Shown here in pieces: positions 59,941 through 64,000 of a stretch of 64,000 nucleotides of DNA. Position numbers and translations under genes: made by a program. Under the pieces are notes generated by a model. It saw nothing but the letters and a program-made list of their open reading frames with translations. It was not told where the DNA came from and made no database searches. Source of the stretch: Macrostomum lignano. Taxonomy: Eukaryota. Numbering within the stretch: the stretch's first letter is position 1; every line of letters begins with the position of its first letter. The stretch lies in the NCBI GenBank assembly GCA_002269645.1, contig NIVC01003601.1:24606-88605 (forward strand), given 5' to 3'.

Positions 59941-60759
59941 CCTTTATTAGGGGCAATTCTGAGGTGAGCTTCAAATATTCTGTCCCAAAACAAACATTCA
60001 GGTTTTTCTGATCGACGTTCCCTCTTTGAAGATTTTATAGTCTGACCTCCCCCAAGCCTTCACTGCAGTCACGCTCAGTGGCTGAGCTAGGCATTGCGTT
60101 TTGCCTACTAACTACTGTTGGTTGCCATGCCAACCGTCACTTGAAGTGCTTTTAATCTAACAATACGTGTAGCCGTATTAGCTAAGGGGAAATTAATAAT
60201 TCTTGCTGAGCAAATGACCGCCAAGGAACGAAGAAAATCAATTTAGAATTTTTTCCAGAGCCTAATGGGTTTGCACCCGTCGTGCGTTTTAGGGGGGGAA
60301 AAGGCCTTTCTTTCAGGAAGGAAACAAGCCAGGCCAAAATGTGCGCGCATTTCCAAAGGAATTGAAGTGCACTTGGTCTCGCCTAGCAGACATGTGAAAG
60401 ATTGCACTGCGGGCAGGCAATGCCGCTTGCTATCGGCCTTGATCTGACATTTTAACTTCTTGGGAAGGAGTGACTATGTGCGTTTGGCACCTGCGGTATC
60501 GGTCCCTGCTTATTCTCAGCCTGTCTCTCTCCCCACGTCTCTCTCCCACCCTCTCCCGTCTCTCTCTCTTCGTCTAATCAACCAGTCTCACTTTATCCAT
60601 ATACATGTATGTCTCACGTCGCCTTTCTGTCACTCTCTATAGTCTCACCTATCCGTGACCCCGTCTCAATACCAGTCTCACCCCAATTCAGTCTTTGCCT
60701 CATTCCGTCCTACTCATAGTCTCACTCCGTTTTTTCTTCTTAATCTCACCCTTCTTCAG

Positions 60760-61050
60760 TCTCACTCCGTCTCGCTCCAATCTCACCCGTCTCTTTCATG
60801 CAGTCTCCCCCGTCTCTCTCGCTCCAATCTCCCCCGTCTCTCTCGCTCCAATCTCACCCGTCTCTCTCGCTCTAATCTCACCCGTCTGTCTCGCTCCAAT
60901 CTCACCCGTCTCTCTCGCTCCAATCTCACCCGTCTCTCTCGCTCTAATCTCACCCGTCTGTCTCGCTCCAATCTCACCCGTCTCTGTCCTCCAATCTCAC
61001 CCGTCTCTGTCCTCCAGTCTCATCCCGTCTCTCTCCCAGTCATTTCGTCT
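60760..61050. repeat. 24-bp minisatellite CCAATCTCACCCGTCTCTCTCGCT
   Basis: ~11 copies. Confidence 0.92.
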
Positions 61051-62332
61051 CTCTCCTAGCCTCACCTAATCGTCAACCCCTCTCAATACTAGTCTTACCC
61101 CCCTATTTAGTCTTAGTAACATCCGTCTTACTCTTAGTTTCGCTCCGGGTCTCTCCTAGTCTCAATGTACAAGCTCTCCTGCCTTCATGCACAATCAGAA
61201 AAAATGCAACAGTAGTTATTCGGTTGGGCCCACTTGATTGCCTCACTGTCCGTCATCACAGGCTTTCAATAGTAGTAGTGCAAGAATTTCTTGGCCCATC
61301 AGCATTTTTGTGTAAGGCACAGTGTACAATGTACAGGTTTGTTTTTTTATCTACGGGCCTACTGGCCTACCTCGTAAGGAAAGAAGCAACGCGTCAACTG
61401 CACCAATGGTTAAGACATCCAGTTTTCCTATCTCTCGTTTTCTTCCACATATAGGAACACTGTATTCGGTTTTAATTAATTTCTTTTGCCTTTCATGTCT
61501 GCTACGCAAAAATCTAAGTAAGATGAACGCCCATCAAGAAATAATTGCAGGATTGTGAGGTGGCGTTCGTTAAACATTAAGGATGGTTATGCAGATTGGT
61601 AGTTGTAAAGACACTGTGAATTGTACCTGTAGATTGACAAGATACGATAACTATTTGGGATTATGAACTCAAACGTCTCAGCTCTCCGACGTCACTCTTA
61701 AACTTCAATTGAAATTTCCTCCGTAAGGTGGGGTTTTGAAGTTAAAAAATCACCATTTAAAATTGAAAGTCATACATTGTATGAGAATTGGGTAGTGTAA
61801 AATATTCTGACCCGCCAAAGTGTGCCTATTGTCGATTGACTTTAACCATTTACCGTCAGTCTTTGGTGAGGATTTTTTTGGTTAGACTCACAGTTCGGGG
61901 TTGGTGCAGAGGGTCAGAGGATTACAGCTTACTATATCCACATTTAGTTTGCATAGCTTCGGACCATATACGTGCGCTAAGGATCGGGGTAGTGGTTACT
62001 ACTTACTGCAGAACATGCTGTGCCGTTCAGTGTCCCTCCCAGTAGCGCGCAAGCAATTTACAATTACCAAACACTTCACCATGCATGGCAGGCCGCGGGG
62101 GGGGGGAAGAGATCGTCCCTTCCCAAATGAAGGCACCAATGTGGTAGAAAAATATTCCCCACTATCCCAGATACAGCCAGTCATGTGAGGCCTAGCAGTC
62201 AACTCCCCACCAAACGTTTCCTCTGGCTTGAATATTTATCCCGTTCGAATTTCCCCGCTCGCTGAGAGTGCAAATGCGGATAGCACTTCCACTGAGTCCT
62301 TAGTTTTATCTGCGTCGATCAACTGCCTATCA

Positions 62333-63782
62333 ATGAACTGTCTGGAAGCCGACCCCAGAAATTCAACCGGCATACTTGATAGCGTCGATGGCAACTGCAC
62401 AATAACAACCAGCAATGCGTCGTTGGAATCTACCGATGCCGTCGAATGGTCGAACGCTGAACTTCGCGCTCTACTGTGTCGGATCGTCTATCCACCTCTG
62501 CTAGTGATTGGCGTCCTTTGCAATTTGCTGGCCCTTCTAACTTTTCAGCAGAAACGCCTAAGACGAAGTCCGGTGTCTCTATGCCTGTCGGCTTGGCTAT
62601 CCTAGACAGCCTCGTACTGCTGTCGAGTACACTGCGCTACTGGCTGAAGTACCAAATTAGCTTCGACTGGCAAGTTGAGAGCATTCACCTGTGCAGAGTG
62701 ACTCTCTTCCTAGAATACTTCACCGCTGATGGTTCGGTATGGACACTGCTACTAGTAACCGTTCAACGCTATGTTGGCACTCATTTTCCACTGCGCGCCG
62801 GTAAGTATTGCAATCGAAGCCGCACCTTCCTGTTCATGATGGGCGTCGGGACTTTGTGCGCCGTTAAGAATCTGCCTCTACTGATCCGAGCTAAAGCCAT
62901 GCCCCTACCTCTAGCCGGTACCGTCTGTCAAATTGTCTACGACCATCAGCTGTGGGTAGCTTTCTTCCTGGACCGACACCATCTTCCGCTTTCTGATTCC
63001 GTTTCCCAGCCTTCTATTCCTTAACTTCTCTCCATCTGTCGAAAGGTTCGAGCAGCTAGAAAATTCCGACGTAGTCAACAGGTTGAATGGCGCAGCTCGA
63101 TGCACGGCAATAGCAGTACGCTACTTAATAACAACGCAAATACCTTTAGTAACAACCGCAACGCCATCATTAGTAGGCAGTCTCTCAGTCGGGTGTCTCG
63201 ACGTGCCACCACAGATCCTCTGCCATCATCGACTCTGACGCTCAACAGCGCCTCAGCAGGGCAAGTGTCAGGCGGACGAATCTAGACGATGGTCGCCGAA
63301 TGCTGATGATGCTAGTCGTAGTAAACTTTGTCTTCTTAGCCTGCCAGTTTCCTTTCTGTGTGTTCTCTCTGGTGGACAGCTTCCTCGATCTGATGAAGAA
63401 GGCTGTTACAAATAGAGATACCTCCGCGTACCTTGTTTTGTCACTCTGCTTCCAATCGGCCCTAACTTTGGTGTACGTTTCGCACGCAACCAACTTCTTC
63501 TTCTATTGTCTGTCTGGCCGGCTTTTTCGTCACACCCTCATGCGAATGTTGACGCCGTGTCGCGGGCAGCAACGGCAGGGAAGGCGCGGTCTCAATGGCC
63601 CCGGCGACAGCCCCATCGGATGCTGCAACAGCTGCTGCTGTAGTCGCCGAAGTCGTCAACGGATTCTACTGAGAGCGATTGCTAAGCAACAGAACGAGAA
63701 ACAGCAGCAACAGCAGAATGACGTAGCAAAGCAGCAATCGGAAATGATCGAGGCAAAACCTTGGAAGCCGGAGTTGGAATGA
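62333..63782 (+). pseudogene. Rhodopsin-class peptide GPCR (FMRFamide/neuropeptide-receptor-like), intronless, with at least 4 frameshifts (pseudogene or consensus errors)
   Basis: N-terminal NxS/T sequons; TM1 IVYPPLLVIGVLCNLLALLTF, TM2 LAILDSLVLL, TM3 SVWTLLLVTVQRY, TM5 WTDTIFRFLIPF..N, TM6 MLVVVNFVFLACQFP, TM7 SHATNFFFYCLSGRLFR, spread over shifting frames (indels at ~62592, ~62968, ~63029 and in 63175-63297). Confidence 0.85.
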
Positions 63783-64000
63783 ATTTGTTTGAATATGGTA
63801 CAACTAATGGCACACGTAGCTTAAGGAACACTTTTTATAATTTGTAAAACCGAATAATACGCTCGTAACTTATTTGCTGACTCTCATGTTTCAAGCAGTA
63901 CAATAAACAGGTGAGTTACGACGTAGCTCGTATGTGTTCAAGGCCCCAAAAAATTCCCTAAATTTTTGTTAACTATTTCTATCCAGAAAATACCCTTCTT

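Overview
Eukaryotic (metazoan) genomic DNA with spliceosomal GT-AG introns. The Q/P/A-rich genes and minisatellite-stuffed introns are compatible with a flatworm such as Macrostomum, but that is inference only. Four host genes lie on the + strand. (1) A complete 6-exon ARID3/dead ringer (retained) transcription factor, 1505-24817, 682 aa, with a 15.9-kb first intron. (2) A 9-exon NSUN7-like RNA m5C methyltransferase homologue, 26969-34395, ~722 aa, whose motif VI catalytic Cys is Arg. (3) An intronless neprilysin/M13 peptidase, 52130-54508, with intact HEIGH but the third zinc ligand Glu replaced by Asn. (4) A frameshifted rhodopsin-class peptide GPCR, 62333-63782. Roughly 40% of the window (hand estimate ~25 kb) is tandem repeat, including a 6.3-kb 21-bp array with 231-bp and 1050-bp higher-order structure. 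The most striking structure is a ~14.8-kb foldback-like unit (35378-50143): two 4-5 kb inverted arms, each a near-identical unique outer domain plus a G-rich tandem-repeat domain, around a ~5-kb spacer. The spacer holds a decayed Merlin/ISXO2-type DDE transposase, a LINE 3' end and a TACATGTA cluster. Two inverted tRNA-derived CORE-type SINEs sit between ARID3 and NSUN7. Most long ORFs in the supplied track are repeat-derived and non-genic. All exon models were derived by hand from splice signals, reading-frame continuity and remembered family motifs; no searches were run.
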